From the NCBI GenBank assembly GCA_000002435.2, contig CM018790.1: a stretch of 64,000 bases of DNA. One strand, given 5' to 3'. Of this stretch, positions 1-11,700 are shown one piece after another (within the stretch, counting starts at the first letter, position 1; each line of letters begins with the position of its first letter). Below the pieces are notes generated by a model. The model was not told where the DNA came from. It worked only from the letters and a program-made list of their open reading frames with translations, and did no database searches. The DNA is from Giardia intestinalis (Eukaryota). The position numbers and the translations under genes were made by a program.

Positions 1-577
1 TCAGGATCCTCAATGGTGTGATGTGCTGCACATTCCCCAGCAGCAATGCAGTCATTAAGATCCCCAAGGTTTTAGAGGATTTGAAGACCATAGAGGTTGT
101 GTAAGAGACGTATTTCAGTGCCAGAAGAGAGAATACCTTGCCTAGAGCGAGCAGAATCTCGCAGACGATCAGAGACTGCGCCCATTTTAGCTCCGAATCC
201 GGATGCGCAAGAGCGTGGAAAAACTCGTGCACACGTAGGGTTTTGCGCGTGGTTTTGCTCGTGGTGTGTTCGACAACTCCTGAGACATTAACGCTGTTGC
301 TATTAGATGGCGCAGGTTCACCTCTGGCACCATCCTTCGCACTGTCTTCAACTCCACCCTCGGTCTTTTTAGCCCCATAGCCGTCGTATGCTTTACTGAC
401 CATGCGATACACCTCTGCAAAGATAATGCTCCAGACACCCTCAAAGATCAGCCCGATCCATCGGACGTCAATTTTGTGGGGAGGAGACGTATAGAGCGTC
501 TCTGCCAAGTAAGAGTTAGCAACATGGCAGACATAGATGCTCCCGACTATCAGAAGGAAACGGACAGTCTCGTTCAT
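1..577 (-). CDS. Partial gene with its 5' end in the window; ATG at 575-577 on the minus strand, open to position 1 and beyond. Multi-pass membrane protein, probably a UAA/SLC35B-type nucleotide-sugar transporter.
   Basis: Hand translation of the minus strand gives MNETVRFLLIVGSIYVCHVANSYLAETLYTSPPHKIDVRWIGLIFEGVWSIIF...MVFKSSKTLGILMTALLLGN with no stop down to nt 2. The hydrophobic helices and a KSxK(x)IPVM-like motif (FKSSKTLGILM) are typical of SLC35B/UAA transporters. It is absent from the ORF track because no stop codon falls in the window. Confidence 0.45.
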   Translation of the reverse strand, partial: MNETVRFLLIVGSIYVCHVANSYLAETLYTSPPHKIDVRWIGLIFEGVWSIIFAEVYRMVSKAYDGYGAKKTEGGVEDSAKDGARGEPAPSNSNSVNVSGVVEHTTSKTTRKTLRVHEFFHALAHPDSELKWAQSLIVCEILLALGKVFSLLALKYVSYTTSMVFKSSKTLGILMTALLLGNVQHITPLRIL

Positions 578-722
578 TTCCTATCTCTCTGCCAATTTTA
601 TAAGTCGGGCCTGTTTACTTTTAAGCTTTTACTTTTAAGCTTTTGTCAAATCAACTTTAAATGGCAAAGTTCTTTCAATTGCGGATTCAAAAGCTAAAAA
701 ACAAAAAGATAAAAATTAAAAA
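578..722. promoter_or_regulatory. Divergent AT-rich intergenic/promoter region between the transporter gene (minus) and the ankyrin gene (plus). A-rich initiator ...AAAAAGATAAAAATTAAAAAATG directly abuts the ATG at 723.
   Basis: AT-rich tract immediately 5' of both start codons. Giardia promoters are short AT-rich initiators. Confidence 0.45.
617..644. repeat. Tandem duplication of a 14-nt unit (ACTTTTAAGCTTTT x2) inside the divergent promoter region.
   Basis: Read directly: ttACTTTTAAGCTTTTACTTTTAAGCTTTTgtc. Confidence 0.6.
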
Positions 723-2051
723 ATGTGTTGCGGTGGGAAGAAGGACGACCTCGCCAACTGGATAAAGGCGGCGTCCACCGGCAACTTGACTGTTATAAAC
801 AAACAACTCTCGAAGATGAAGGGGAAGCGTGATACAAGGGCAACCAACACGGATGGTAGCATCTTCAATAGCTTTACCGCCATGCACTACGCTTGCTACT
901 TTAACCATCTGCAGGTTGTCCAGAAGCTTTTTGACTTTGAATATATGATTAAGACTGGGGACACTGTCAGGATTAAGTCCAAGTTCAGTTCTGCAGATGT
1001 AGAGATGAACCTCGGCAAAGATTCTACTCCTCTCATGATTGCCATTGCACGCGGAAGCATCCCGGTCGCGAAGTTCCTCCTTGAAAAGGCCAGTACTAGC
1101 GGCGGCGCCGTCTCCCGACAGATTCTTGGAGTTAGCAATGCATCAGGTCTTACGGCCCTTGGAATGGCCTGCTCTTCAGCAAACAAGGAGATGATCGACC
1201 TCATTCTCTTAAAGGACGCCGTGCTTCTTAAGACGGAACTCCACATGACGGCCGTCACGGGAACGAATGCAATACATCACCTGGCCTTGTTTGCGCGCAC
1301 AGAGGTCTTCGACAAGCTTACTAAATATATCTTTGACTCCGCTGAGACATCTCCGGAGAATAAGAAGCTTCGCATACAGTTCGTGGAGAAGCTCATGAGC
1401 AGGGACTCAAACCAGAACAGTGTCTTCGACATGGTCTATCAGAAAGCCATTGGCAAGAAGTTTGGGGTGACTGATGATCACAAGGATGCTATGTATAAAT
1501 CGCTTAGGACGATGGTGAGACGCGTGTATATCTGGGCGCTTCAGCTTAAGCACAACGAACTGGAGATCGCCAACGGCTTCCTGGGTGCCCCGTATGAAGA
1601 GATCTGCAAAGATGTGAGTCACGAGGTTAGTAAGGAGTTCCTTGAACGGTGCACAAAGGCCAGTACAGACCCAGAGACAGACGACACGTTGTATTTGATG
1701 CAGCAGCTGATTGATCAGTACTCTTCCAGCGTTAGCGTCAAGACTACGTCCCCTGTGCAGGAGGCCATGGAGTCTAGCCAGATATCGAGGAAGAGCGTGA
1801 GCAACAAGCCCATATCTACCACGGCCTCAGCTGTCGAATCTACGCGTGCGTCCCAGGCGCTTGAGGAGGGCTCGAAGACTGTTACGGGCCAAGCTTCCTC
1901 TGGAGATTACGAGAATATCCTCGTTGATAGTGCAGAAATTCCGTCGCACACCCCACAGGTAACTGGTACTGTTGAGACCGCTCAGCCCACCGAGACGATC
2001 GAAGATTCACTAGTCATCGATCCAACCGTGCTACCGCCGAGCCTAGCTTAG
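723..2051 (+). CDS. Ankyrin-repeat protein (Giardia 'protein 21.1'-like), 442 aa, with a Ser/Thr-rich low-complexity C-terminal half. N-terminus is MCCGG.
   Basis: Repeated ankyrin signatures: TAMHYACYFNHLQVVQKLF, TPLMIAIARGSIPVAKFLLEK, GLTALGMACSSANKEMIDLIL. ATG at 723 follows an A-rich initiator. Confidence 0.7.
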   Translation: MCCGGKKDDLANWIKAASTGNLTVINKQLSKMKGKRDTRATNTDGSIFNSFTAMHYACYFNHLQVVQKLFDFEYMIKTGDTVRIKSKFSSADVEMNLGKDSTPLMIAIARGSIPVAKFLLEKASTSGGAVSRQILGVSNASGLTALGMACSSANKEMIDLILLKDAVLLKTELHMTAVTGTNAIHHLALFARTEVFDKLTKYIFDSAETSPENKKLRIQFVEKLMSRDSNQNSVFDMVYQKAIGKKFGVTDDHKDAMYKSLRTMVRRVYIWALQLKHNELEIANGFLGAPYEEICKDVSHEVSKEFLERCTKASTDPETDDTLYLMQQLIDQYSSSVSVKTTSPVQEAMESSQISRKSVSNKPISTTASAVESTRASQALEEGSKTVTGQASSGDYENILVDSAEIPSHTPQVTGTVETAQPTETIEDSLVIDPTVLPPSLA

Positions 2052-2138
2052 CTTACTAGTTCCACATTGTAAATTGATTCATATCCATCTATTCCTTTGC
2101 TTGCTGTTGGGTTGCTCTTCTGATTTTCGATTTGGAAA

Positions 2139-4982
2139 ATGTCTGCGCAGCAGGACGAGGCGTGGTTTGCGGCAATAGAGCACGGTGACATTGAGACCGT
2201 GCGTTCATATGCTGCTGCTATGTCCAAAGTCACCGACGAGCAGGGCGTCACGTCTCTGATGAAGGCTGCTACAAAAGGCAATGTTACTATCATTCAGCTT
2301 TTACTTTCTGATGGGGTCAAGCGAAGAGACAGATGGGGACGCACCGCGCTCATGTTCGCCGCCATGAGTGGCTGTGCTGTCGCAGTGGAGATTCTCATTC
2401 CACACGAAGCTACACTCACTGATAGCGACGGCATGACAGGGTTAATGTATGCAGCCTTTCACGGTAACACAGATATTGTCCGCTTGCTCCTGCCCCACGA
2501 GCGTGGATATGCGACGCGTCACGAATCAGTCTTGCAGCTAGGCACCCAGACCTATGAAATAGGCGTCTCTGTCACAGCACTAATGATTTCTGTGCTTACA
2601 AAGCACGCGGAATGTGTTGAACTTCTCGTCGATAGTGAGGCAGGAAAAGTAGATTGTAAAGGCGAAACGGCACTGTACAAGGCTGTTGCATCTAACTTCC
2701 TGCCCGCTGTCAAGGTTCTTGCAGTCTTAGAGGCTGAACATAGAACGATAAGCGGCCAGTCGCCTATCTACTTGGCTGTGAAGACAGGTTTTCTGGATGC
2801 TATAGAGTGTCTAGTAACATATGAAGACGATGATAAGCGATACGGAAACGCTAAGGAGACCGTCCTGATGGCTGCTGTTGCTCAAAGAGACGCTCGAGCT
2901 GTGTCTATACTTGCCCCAACCTTGCACTCGGAGTTTTCTAAAGAAGGGATGACTGCGCTTATTCTTGCGGCACAGGACAACTTGGTAGAAATATGTAGCA
3001 TACTTATTTCATACGAATTTGGACTGACAACTCACCACGGTAAAAAGACGGCGTTAATGTTTGCAGCAGAGCTGGGAAACGTGGAATGTGTTCGATTGCT
3101 CGCCAATAAGGAGGCTGGCATGCGCACAGATGCTGGTGAGACGGCTCTCATGCTTGCCGCTCGAAGAGGCCAGCTTGAGTGTGTGGCCGAACTTATACCT
3201 TATGAAAAGTGTGCCGTTAGCAAGAACTATCACACTGCGCTTATGCTGGCGGTTATGAATGACCACATCTCTTTAGCTTCGCTTTTAGTCGAGCACGAGC
3301 AACGGATCCAGAACGAGAAAGGACAGACGTCGCTCATGCTTGCAGTACTCCGCCGGAACGCACCGCTTGTCACTGTACTTGCACCCTATGAGGCCGGGGT
3401 CTTCGATGCACAGCATCAAACGGCCCTCATCTTGGCAACAATAGACAATGAATACGACTTGGTTGAGATCCTTGTCAACTACGAAGCATGCTTAGCAGAC
3501 TGTGACGCCAGAACGTCTCTGATGCTGGCTGCCGAGAAAAACTATATGAGTCTTATTCCTCTCCTCTGTGAGAAGGAGTTCGGAAGGCTAGATCGCTTCG
3601 GAAGAAGTGCTCTATTCATAGCAGCACAGAATGGTAATGCTCACATTGTCAAGGAGCTGGTCTGTAAAGAAAAGAAGATGATTACGACCCGCAGGTTCCG
3701 TGTCGAGCACAATACACAAATATACATTGAGTTGGGCTCCACTGCTCTCATATATGCCACTCTATATGATAAGTTAGAAATAGTCCAGCTTCTTGCAGCC
3801 CACGAGTCAGGACTGCTTGACAATACAGGTCACTGTGCGCTGCACTATGCCATCCGTAGAAAGAATGCAGATCTCACCAGAATATTGCTTCAATATGAGC
3901 ACTACATTACTGATAAAGATGGGAACACGCCGCTAATGCTTCTAATAAAAGCTGGCATGGACCAGTTCATACCAGGGTTAGTACAGAGGTTATTAGGAGA
4001 AAGCTCTCAAGACACAAGCTCTATTATTGCCCAAAATAACAATGGAGACACTGCACTCTCTATCGCCTTGATACATAAGTCCTACTTAGCCGTGTGTGCA
4101 TTGTATAGCAACCCGCAGTTATCTTTTCAATTCTACGATAATACCGGAGCTTCACTTCTTGAGCAGTGCGAGGCCGTCGGAGATGACCCCATGATGCAAG
4201 TATTTTTGACATACTTTGTTGCAAGGCTGGCGTTTTCATCTGATCTAGTGAGCACGTTTTACCACGGGCTATCATCTGCTCTGCTAAATGAATATAGTGA
4301 TGCTGAGGATTGCAACTTCATCCTGCATTTTCTTGATTGTGTTTTCAATTATATTTTTATCAACGACCCTACTTGTGTCCATCTCCACAATCCGCTGAGC
4401 TCTCCAGGCTTCGAGGAAATATCAACTATGATAAGCGAGCAGATAGACCTGCAAGAAGGGGCGTGTAATATATGTTACAGTGATCTGGCAGTAGTGCTCT
4501 GCTTCCCATGCAAGCATGTGGTAACCTGCAAATCTTGTTGGAAGCAGCTTAATAATACACGACACAAGCGAGACGCCCTGCGCTGTCCTGTGTGCCGCGA
4601 GGCTATAAGCCACAATATAGTTCTCACCCAACTGGATGACTGTATCCTATCCCAGAAGGGCAAGCATGGTACAGGCTCCTTGAGTCTCCAGAGCGCGACA
4701 GAGCTAGTCTCCAAAAGATCGTTAGCTGCACAGATAGGACCAGGTGAGGATGGCGGGAACTCTAGTGCACTAACGTACCAGTTGATACCGACCTATGCAT
4801 CTGTCTCCGGTGTTCCCTCGGGCCAGATCATATGCCGGAATGTCTTACAATACGCAGAGTCTTTTGCTGAGATAGACGAGAGTAGTGAGGTTCCAGAGTT
4901 GGCAGACATGTACGAGAATGGGGAAGGTACAGCATGGAATGAAGACATTGATAATATTGAAGTAGAAGCGTTCTACAAGTAA
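2139..4982 (+). CDS. Ankyrin-repeat protein, 947 aa, with about 20 ankyrin repeats and a C-terminal C3HC4 RING finger of the IAP/MIB type; a putative E3 ubiquitin ligase.
   Basis: Many G-TALM-AA...V-LL repeats. The C-terminus CNICYSDLAVVLCFPCKHVVTCKSCWKQLNNTRHKRDALRCPVCRE fits C-x2-C-x(n)-PC-x-H-x3-C-x2-C-x(n)-CPxCR. Confidence 0.75.
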   Translation: MSAQQDEAWFAAIEHGDIETVRSYAAAMSKVTDEQGVTSLMKAATKGNVTIIQLLLSDGVKRRDRWGRTALMFAAMSGCAVAVEILIPHEATLTDSDGMTGLMYAAFHGNTDIVRLLLPHERGYATRHESVLQLGTQTYEIGVSVTALMISVLTKHAECVELLVDSEAGKVDCKGETALYKAVASNFLPAVKVLAVLEAEHRTISGQSPIYLAVKTGFLDAIECLVTYEDDDKRYGNAKETVLMAAVAQRDARAVSILAPTLHSEFSKEGMTALILAAQDNLVEICSILISYEFGLTTHHGKKTALMFAAELGNVECVRLLANKEAGMRTDAGETALMLAARRGQLECVAELIPYEKCAVSKNYHTALMLAVMNDHISLASLLVEHEQRIQNEKGQTSLMLAVLRRNAPLVTVLAPYEAGVFDAQHQTALILATIDNEYDLVEILVNYEACLADCDARTSLMLAAEKNYMSLIPLLCEKEFGRLDRFGRSALFIAAQNGNAHIVKELVCKEKKMITTRRFRVEHNTQIYIELGSTALIYATLYDKLEIVQLLAAHESGLLDNTGHCALHYAIRRKNADLTRILLQYEHYITDKDGNTPLMLLIKAGMDQFIPGLVQRLLGESSQDTSSIIAQNNNGDTALSIALIHKSYLAVCALYSNPQLSFQFYDNTGASLLEQCEAVGDDPMMQVFLTYFVARLAFSSDLVSTFYHGLSSALLNEYSDAEDCNFILHFLDCVFNYIFINDPTCVHLHNPLSSPGFEEISTMISEQIDLQEGACNICYSDLAVVLCFPCKHVVTCKSCWKQLNNTRHKRDALRCPVCREAISHNIVLTQLDDCILSQKGKHGTGSLSLQSATELVSKRSLAAQIGPGEDGGNSSALTYQLIPTYASVSGVPSGQIICRNVLQYAESFAEIDESSEVPELADMYENGEGTAWNEDIDNIEVEAFYK

Positions 4983-5100
4983 TACTAGATTTATACGCCT
5001 TATATGGGTCGCCCGCATATTTTTTTATTCTGCATTTTTCAATTGTTATTTTTTAATTTCAAAAAATTGATTTGATTGAAATTGTTATAACCAAGGATTG

Positions 5101-5703
5101 ATGCACTTGAGTTTCCGGGGTTTTCTTTACTTAACAGTCACACTTATTATTGCGCTTCAGATATACTTTCGATTGCTGGCTACAGACAAAGTTTTGGTCG
5201 TCCTTGGAAGTGGAGGCCACACAGCAGAAATGACTTACGTTCTCAACATGCCGGGCGTACTTGAACGTTTACAGCCTGCCCACTACCTTATTGCCAGGGG
5301 TGACGGTCATTCTAGAGCCGCTGCACTTCGACTTCCTGCCTCATCCCAGGCCAACATCCATTGTGTGACAAGGGCGCGCCGAGTACACCAGCCCTATCAC
5401 ACAGCTATTTTCACCACTCTTCTCGCCTCGTTAGAGACTGCGTGGCTACTCATTTGTCTCCGCCCACGACTTGTGCTTGCAAATGGTCCTGGGACCGCTT
5501 TCCCACCTCTTTGCCTGGCCTACCTATTTCGATCTCTGTTTGGGCTATCCGTTACTACTGTGTATATTGAATCATTCACTCGTGTCAGGCGTCTCTCTGC
5601 TACAGCGCGGTTATCTTCATGGGCGATAGACGCTCTAATCGTCAATTGGGAGCAGCTTGCAACGCAGAAGAATATGCTCCACATTCCTCTATATCATTTG
5701 TAG
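5101..5703 (+). CDS. ALG14: ALG14-like UDP-GlcNAc transferase membrane-anchoring subunit, 200 aa. The ORF track begins at a TTG (5098); the first ATG is at 5101.
   Basis: N-terminal transmembrane helix followed by the hallmark VLGSGGHTAEM motif of the ALG14 family. Confidence 0.65.
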   Translation: MHLSFRGFLYLTVTLIIALQIYFRLLATDKVLVVLGSGGHTAEMTYVLNMPGVLERLQPAHYLIARGDGHSRAAALRLPASSQANIHCVTRARRVHQPYHTAIFTTLLASLETAWLLICLRPRLVLANGPGTAFPPLCLAYLFRSLFGLSVTTVYIESFTRVRRLSATARLSSWAIDALIVNWEQLATQKNMLHIPLYHL

Positions 5704-5735
5704 CTTGATGCTTCGGTTTATCAGTAGAGGTATTA

Positions 5736-8700
5736 TCAGTAGAGATAGCCTGTACTGCAGTATGCCCCCTTAATGGAGACGTCAAGAGGTTGGAGGCCTG
5801 TTTTGTTTCTTAGGAACAACTGCATCCCACTGATGGTGCCCTCGATGATTACTGGAATGGACACGAAGCACGTTGCATGCTCATTTTCTTCTGCTGAGCA
5901 GTACGATGCTCCATCTATCCCTATCAGATCGTCAATCCCGTCTTCTGCGTCCAATGCATCGCCTGTCTTATTTGCATCTCCCATTTCAGTAGTTGTTCCA
6001 ACTAGGCCAGATTTATACATGTCCAGTGCTGTTTTGAGGTCGCTTCTATTCAGGCAACTGTTGTTATGCTCACAGTAATCAGTGTCTACCAAGACAGCGT
6101 AGAAAGTATATGATTGAGTATAGCCAAGAACAGACTCTGGTGTAGCGTCAGCGACGGTGTCCTCTATAGGGTCGTAAGCGATATTGAACAGTCGGAAGCC
6201 AGTTAGCTTTATCATGAATAAATCGGTGCTTGGTTTCTCACGCGCTTTCTTATCAAGTTTTTTCTTTTTGGCAACGTTAATTGAAAAGACAAGATTATTC
6301 TGGCAATCTATTTTATATTGTTGGATTGCGGTTGGTCTGCTGGCCAGTAGCACAAAGGTCTTCCGTTCTCTGTCCCTGCCTTTCCCAGTTGACTGGTGGA
6401 GGAGCATTGCCCATTTGAGAATGTTCCCTAACACGGATTGGTAGATATCTACCCTAAGCTCCCAATACATGTCGCTATATATCTTAAAGACGGGCGCACG
6501 CTCTGTGAGGGATGTTCTGAAGTAGGGAAGGGTGGTTCTCCTGGTCTGACAGTAGCCATCTGAAAGATACAAGATTGTCCTAATGCTCTTCAGCAAGTCT
6601 GCCTCTTCTTGTTGAATAGTAGTGTCTGCAAACATATTCTTATACACGGGATGGCCATCTAGGTATGTCATTACCTCCTGGGAAAGACCAATAGTAAAGA
6701 TCTCCCGGTACATTCTATTACAGAGGGAATTGTCGTATGTGATAGGCACCATATTAAAGACTTGGTATTTGAGCGCTTCAAGAGATGAAAGATCGCTAGC
6801 CGTTAGTTGCGTTAGCCGCTCTGCCTCAGCTGGGGACCTTTCCTTCTGAGAACTGTCCTTTAAAATGATGTTATGCTCATACCGCTTAATCGTCTTCAAT
6901 ATGCGCTCGATGGCCAATGCCCCCTCTTCATTGGGAAGCCTAAGGAAGGACGCTGTCTTGCTATCACAGGACACCTTTTCAATCTGCCTGGTTCTAGGTA
7001 CAATCTTCGTCAGCTCGGTGGCAGTAACTTCAAGCCTATTCTCCAGCAGTGTGGCATCATCGTTTAAGGCCTGTCTGGTAAGAACACTTGTCCCCTCGCT
7101 TGTATGCGTGTTTTGAGTTGATAGTGCAGAGCTGGTACTACCTACGCTTGACATAGACAGGGAGCTAAGGGCCTCTGATGATTCATCGCACTGTGCGTTT
7201 CTAATATCTAGAAGGATGTCCTCGATCTCACTGGTGTCAGCCTCAACTGATGCCCGTCCTAACCTAGCCCTGGCAATAGTCAATGCAAGCGATGCCTGGT
7301 CAAATTTGCCATCTAGTATGAGATGCACAGAGGACGCATCTGCAAGCCACTTACAGGGCATACCGAAGAGCATTTTAGGAACATTGTGACTGTAGTAAGT
7401 GCTTAAAAATGCCACTGTTGGGCCCGAGATTGCTGGATGCGGGCCAAAAAAGTTGCAATATATGGATAGGTGGGCTTCCCGATCTGACTGATGAATGTCC
7501 AAAGCCGGTGACACATTACCAGCTTTCTTTGCGCTGATAGAGGCTTCATCTTGGCTCCTAGCAGCAAGTATATACTCTGATATAAGCTGCGATGACAAGG
7601 AAAGCATTCCTTCAGCCTTTTTCATCCCAATAAGATGTAGCAGAGACGTTAGAAATCTTGAGTCTGAATACATACGTCCACGATCGCTTTTCAGCAGTGC
7701 ATTCTGAAGTAGTAGCGAGCAGTATAGCGCAAAACTCTTGCTATTTAGGCTGGAAAGGTCCAAATCGTGCTTTTTAAAGACGCACAGGGAGATTGTCACT
7801 AGATACACCACAGCGTCTGAAAGTGTCTTTGGGCCTTCTATATAGTAACGAGAGCCATTAGATATAGACATAAATACTCCCAACGAATAGCTGAGACTAT
7901 TGTATTGCACCTGGGGATTGCTGGCGGCCATATGGTGGGTGTCTGCTTCATTTTCTAAGAGCCTTGAGCGCTGCTCCTTACGAGATATAGCTTCCTCGGC
8001 ATAGAATTGGCCTACGTGGACGGGAATCAGCACAATCAGTAGGCTTGCTGCCCTCCATCCTTTGTTATACATCGTTATGAGCCTGTCAATTGTTTCCTTT
8101 GTGTCAATAGAAGCATCAACAATAACCGTTTTTGTTCGGAAATCATCCTCGGTCGGCCTAGACGTTATTACGCATGGAGCCAACTTGAGCTCATCGAAGA
8201 GACTACGTTCCAACCTGTCAATGACAAGGTCCAGTATGCTCATACCTTCCTCATAGAAGATAACAAGAGTGCAAGAGCCTATTCCATCGGCATAACTCCT
8301 TGACGACATCTTCCGCTCGTAGCGTGTGTCTGTAGTGAGCATAGGCTTAATGCAATGAGCGGGATCGTAGGTGTGGGAACTTTTCCCTATGGTTGCTATA
8401 TCGGGAATGTATCCACACACCATTATGATGTACCAGACTATCCCTATCACTGCTGGATACGTCAATTCAGGAATGAGGTTTTGGTTTTTACAATATGCTT
8501 CGTGTGCTTCTTTGAGGATGGTATCTCTATGTTGTATTTCGTTTCTGAAGCTACATAACCTATTGGCTGTGCCAAAAAGCTTGAAGTTTTGAGACAAATG
8601 TAACTGTGTGATTGATAAGCTAAAGACCAACGACTGGAGCACGTTATTATAGCATGGAACCTGCAAGTCAGTAGGAAGAGGGAGCTCCGCATTGCTATGG

Positions 8701-11700
8701 TATATATTCTCACACTCTTCCGTAAACAGAGGCGTGATGTAGGACTGCTCGGATACATTACCAGTCTTATCTGTGGTGGATGCATGAGCCTTCTGAGATT
8801 CCTTGAAGATGTAATGGCCAAGTATCATTTTGTATGGATCTAAGCTTGTCACTAGACTGACAAACATAAAGTTGTTGCTTGTGAAGTAGTCCAGCCACGA
8901 GAGTACTCGCTCTGAATGGGGGTAAAGTAGTGAGATGTTCCTCCATGTATAATTAGTTGCTATGGATGCCTGAAATGAAAATGGTGCTGTATCCATGAGG
9001 TCTCTGGCTCGCTGACACCGCTCGTCGTGGATGTTATAGAATGGGCTAACTCGAATAGCCTTTTCTCGCAAATCCGAGCTTAAAATGAACCTGAGAAGAA
9101 ATAGGTTATCTATGGAACATTCGCTGAGAGCACACGAAAAGATAAGGCTCATCAAGTCGCAGACAGGCATTCCCCAGGCCTTTGGAACCATTCGGTATAC
9201 TCTGGCGTTAATATAAGGAAGAAGAATATGGGATATTACGTGGGAAAGAGGTACACCCTTCCACTGAGGCGTTTCCAGTTGCTCATCTAGGTACAGGAAG
9301 AAGTGCGCAAAGAAATGATCGGTGAAGATTCGTGCTAAGGTAGGCATCACACAGCTCAGCTTCTGGCATATGATGAGAATGGAAACCATGCCCCTTGCAC
9401 AATGCTTGGCAAACTCTGCTTTAGATGCTAGTTCAGTCGCCTCATGCTCAAGCTGTAGCCGAAAGTTTGCAAGAGCAATAGATCGCTCACAGAGGCGCAT
9501 AGCCAACTCTAAGTCAAAATATGAAACGGGTGTGGTCAGAAGGAACGTCATCTCATCACAAGTATCGTGGTTCAGACAGTTTCTTCGCTGCTTGCCTAAC
9601 CTTTGACCGGAGGAGACATCGTCTTCATTCTCATCCAGCAGGTGAACGAATGTCCCTGGATTCATGATTGCCTTTTTCAGATGGGTCCCATGCTTCTCAA
9701 TGACAAACTTACTGTTGATTTCACTGCTTCTCTTCAGCAATCTCATGAGATCAGCTGTGGAAAAAAGAAGACGATGTCCCATCATTGGTCGCGTCTTCTC
9801 CAGTGGAGTGGTGAGATACAAGAGAACGTTCTGCAGGTGAGCTTCTGTAAAACTGTATGTTTGTACCACTTGTAGTTCAAGAGCACTTGGAGTCTGTAGT
9901 TCTAAATATTTTAGATATAGATTGATATTGGAATACTTTGGCTGGATCAAGATAGAAGAGTTAATCACTTCAAAGCTCATGATCCCAGAGGCCACAATTG
10001 AGCTGAACTTTGTCCCCTGAGATAGACCAATATAGTACCTGTATTCATGAAGAGGACGCACGGGGGTGATAGATATGCCGTTCAATTTAATGGGGGACTT
10101 CTTGTCTGACACACGAGATCCAACTAACTTGAAGAGCGCCATGAGAGTGCGCATGTTGAGGACGGAGATTTCGCTTTCATGGGCGTTCGTCTGATGCACG
10201 TTAATTTGAGTGATATTTTCAAAGAGCACGTTTGTAAACCCTATCGCCTTGTCTTGGGAGAAGGCCTTGGCCAGCTCCAAGTTGAATGTGGCAACGTTCT
10301 GTGCTGCATTTATCCAATAAATGATCCCGACAAGGCTTTCCAGAGTGTACCGCCCATCGTTTCCGCGGCATGCTGCTAGCTCTTCCTTGCGCTCTTCATA
10401 TTCCTGAGGAGTCGTTGTAATGAAGTGGAGCTCAGAAGCGATAGCAAGCGGAAGTGCGAGAGCCTTTTCAATGAAACACAAACGTGTCCCCAGAGAAATT
10501 GCAAGGATCAGGCTTAGTATTTCTTGTAGCACCGTAGCGTTTGCAAAGAAGATGAACCGCGTCAAGTAGCATGCTGCGCCCACATCCCATTGCGGATAGA
10601 AGGAGTCTAGACAGATCCCTAAAAAGGCAGATGGAAAGGCGGTGAGGTTAAAGGGCAGTGTACTGTTGCGGGCCATGAGTATCTCTGAATAATTCTTTCC
10701 TGGTGGAGGAGCGTTTGCCTTAAACACTTCGCTTGATTGGTGAGCCTCAGCAAACGGTACATCACAATCATCGAACATACACGTGATAGTATCTATGATG
10801 TCACGTAGATACGTATCTGTGATGACATCTAGACCCGCTTTGCTAGACCCAAACAAGGTATCTGCAAAGCCCCCAGTTCCTGCATTATGAATAATTGATA
10901 GCCTATCAAATCCAGTTGTCTTAAGATGTTGAGAAAGAGCTGTTTCAAATGCTTCATCAGAGGCGATTGCGTCCTTACGGAGTGATCCGGCATATACACG
11001 TGCTACAGCTGCAGGGCAGTCACAGGGGGCGTTGCGAAGTAACACAAGTGCACGTTTGTAATAAGGATAGAGATAGTTCTTCAGAAGTGTTAAATTATCT
11101 TTGTACGCTATGATATTTTCGCGTATCGTTGGAGAAAACATTTGGCAATAGATTCCCGTGTTTAGCAACTTGATTGTTTGCAAAAGAATATCACAAGAAT
11201 GTAGAAATGCAGTGTAGTATCTCACACGCTGCTCGTACAGTAGTTTTGAGAGCTCTGCGAACCTTTCAAAGGTCAGAAAAATCGAGTCCGGAAGAAGATT
11301 GGCGGTGACAAATAAATAGACATGCAGTGTAGCTGCTGCGACCGCCTCTGTAGTAGCTAGAATATGAATGTAGCGGACTCCTCGATACCTCTTGCCCTGT
11401 GCATCGAGGCCGGCAATGTCCTGTTTGTATCCAGCTGCTAGTGTAAAATAGTTGCGATTTAGCGAAAAGTAGCGCTGATTCTCCGAGAGTAAGAGCAGGG
11501 GAATACTACTCAAGACAGACTTCCGTACCAAAGATGTGTTAGCAATAGAGAAGCTCACTGCACGAGACATAGACGAAGAACCATGAGCAGCAGCCGTGTC
11601 TTCTGTCCCAGACTGCATTGAGATAGCACTGATGTCTGTTGCAAAGTGCCTTAGCACCGGGCTTTCCGGGAGCTTCATACCAATTGGGGTAGGCATGTCC

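Noticed and set aside
187-444. 85-aa minus-strand ORF in the ORF track
   Set aside because: It is out of frame with the longer stop-free transporter reading frame, which I verified codon by codon. It is an alternative-frame artefact.
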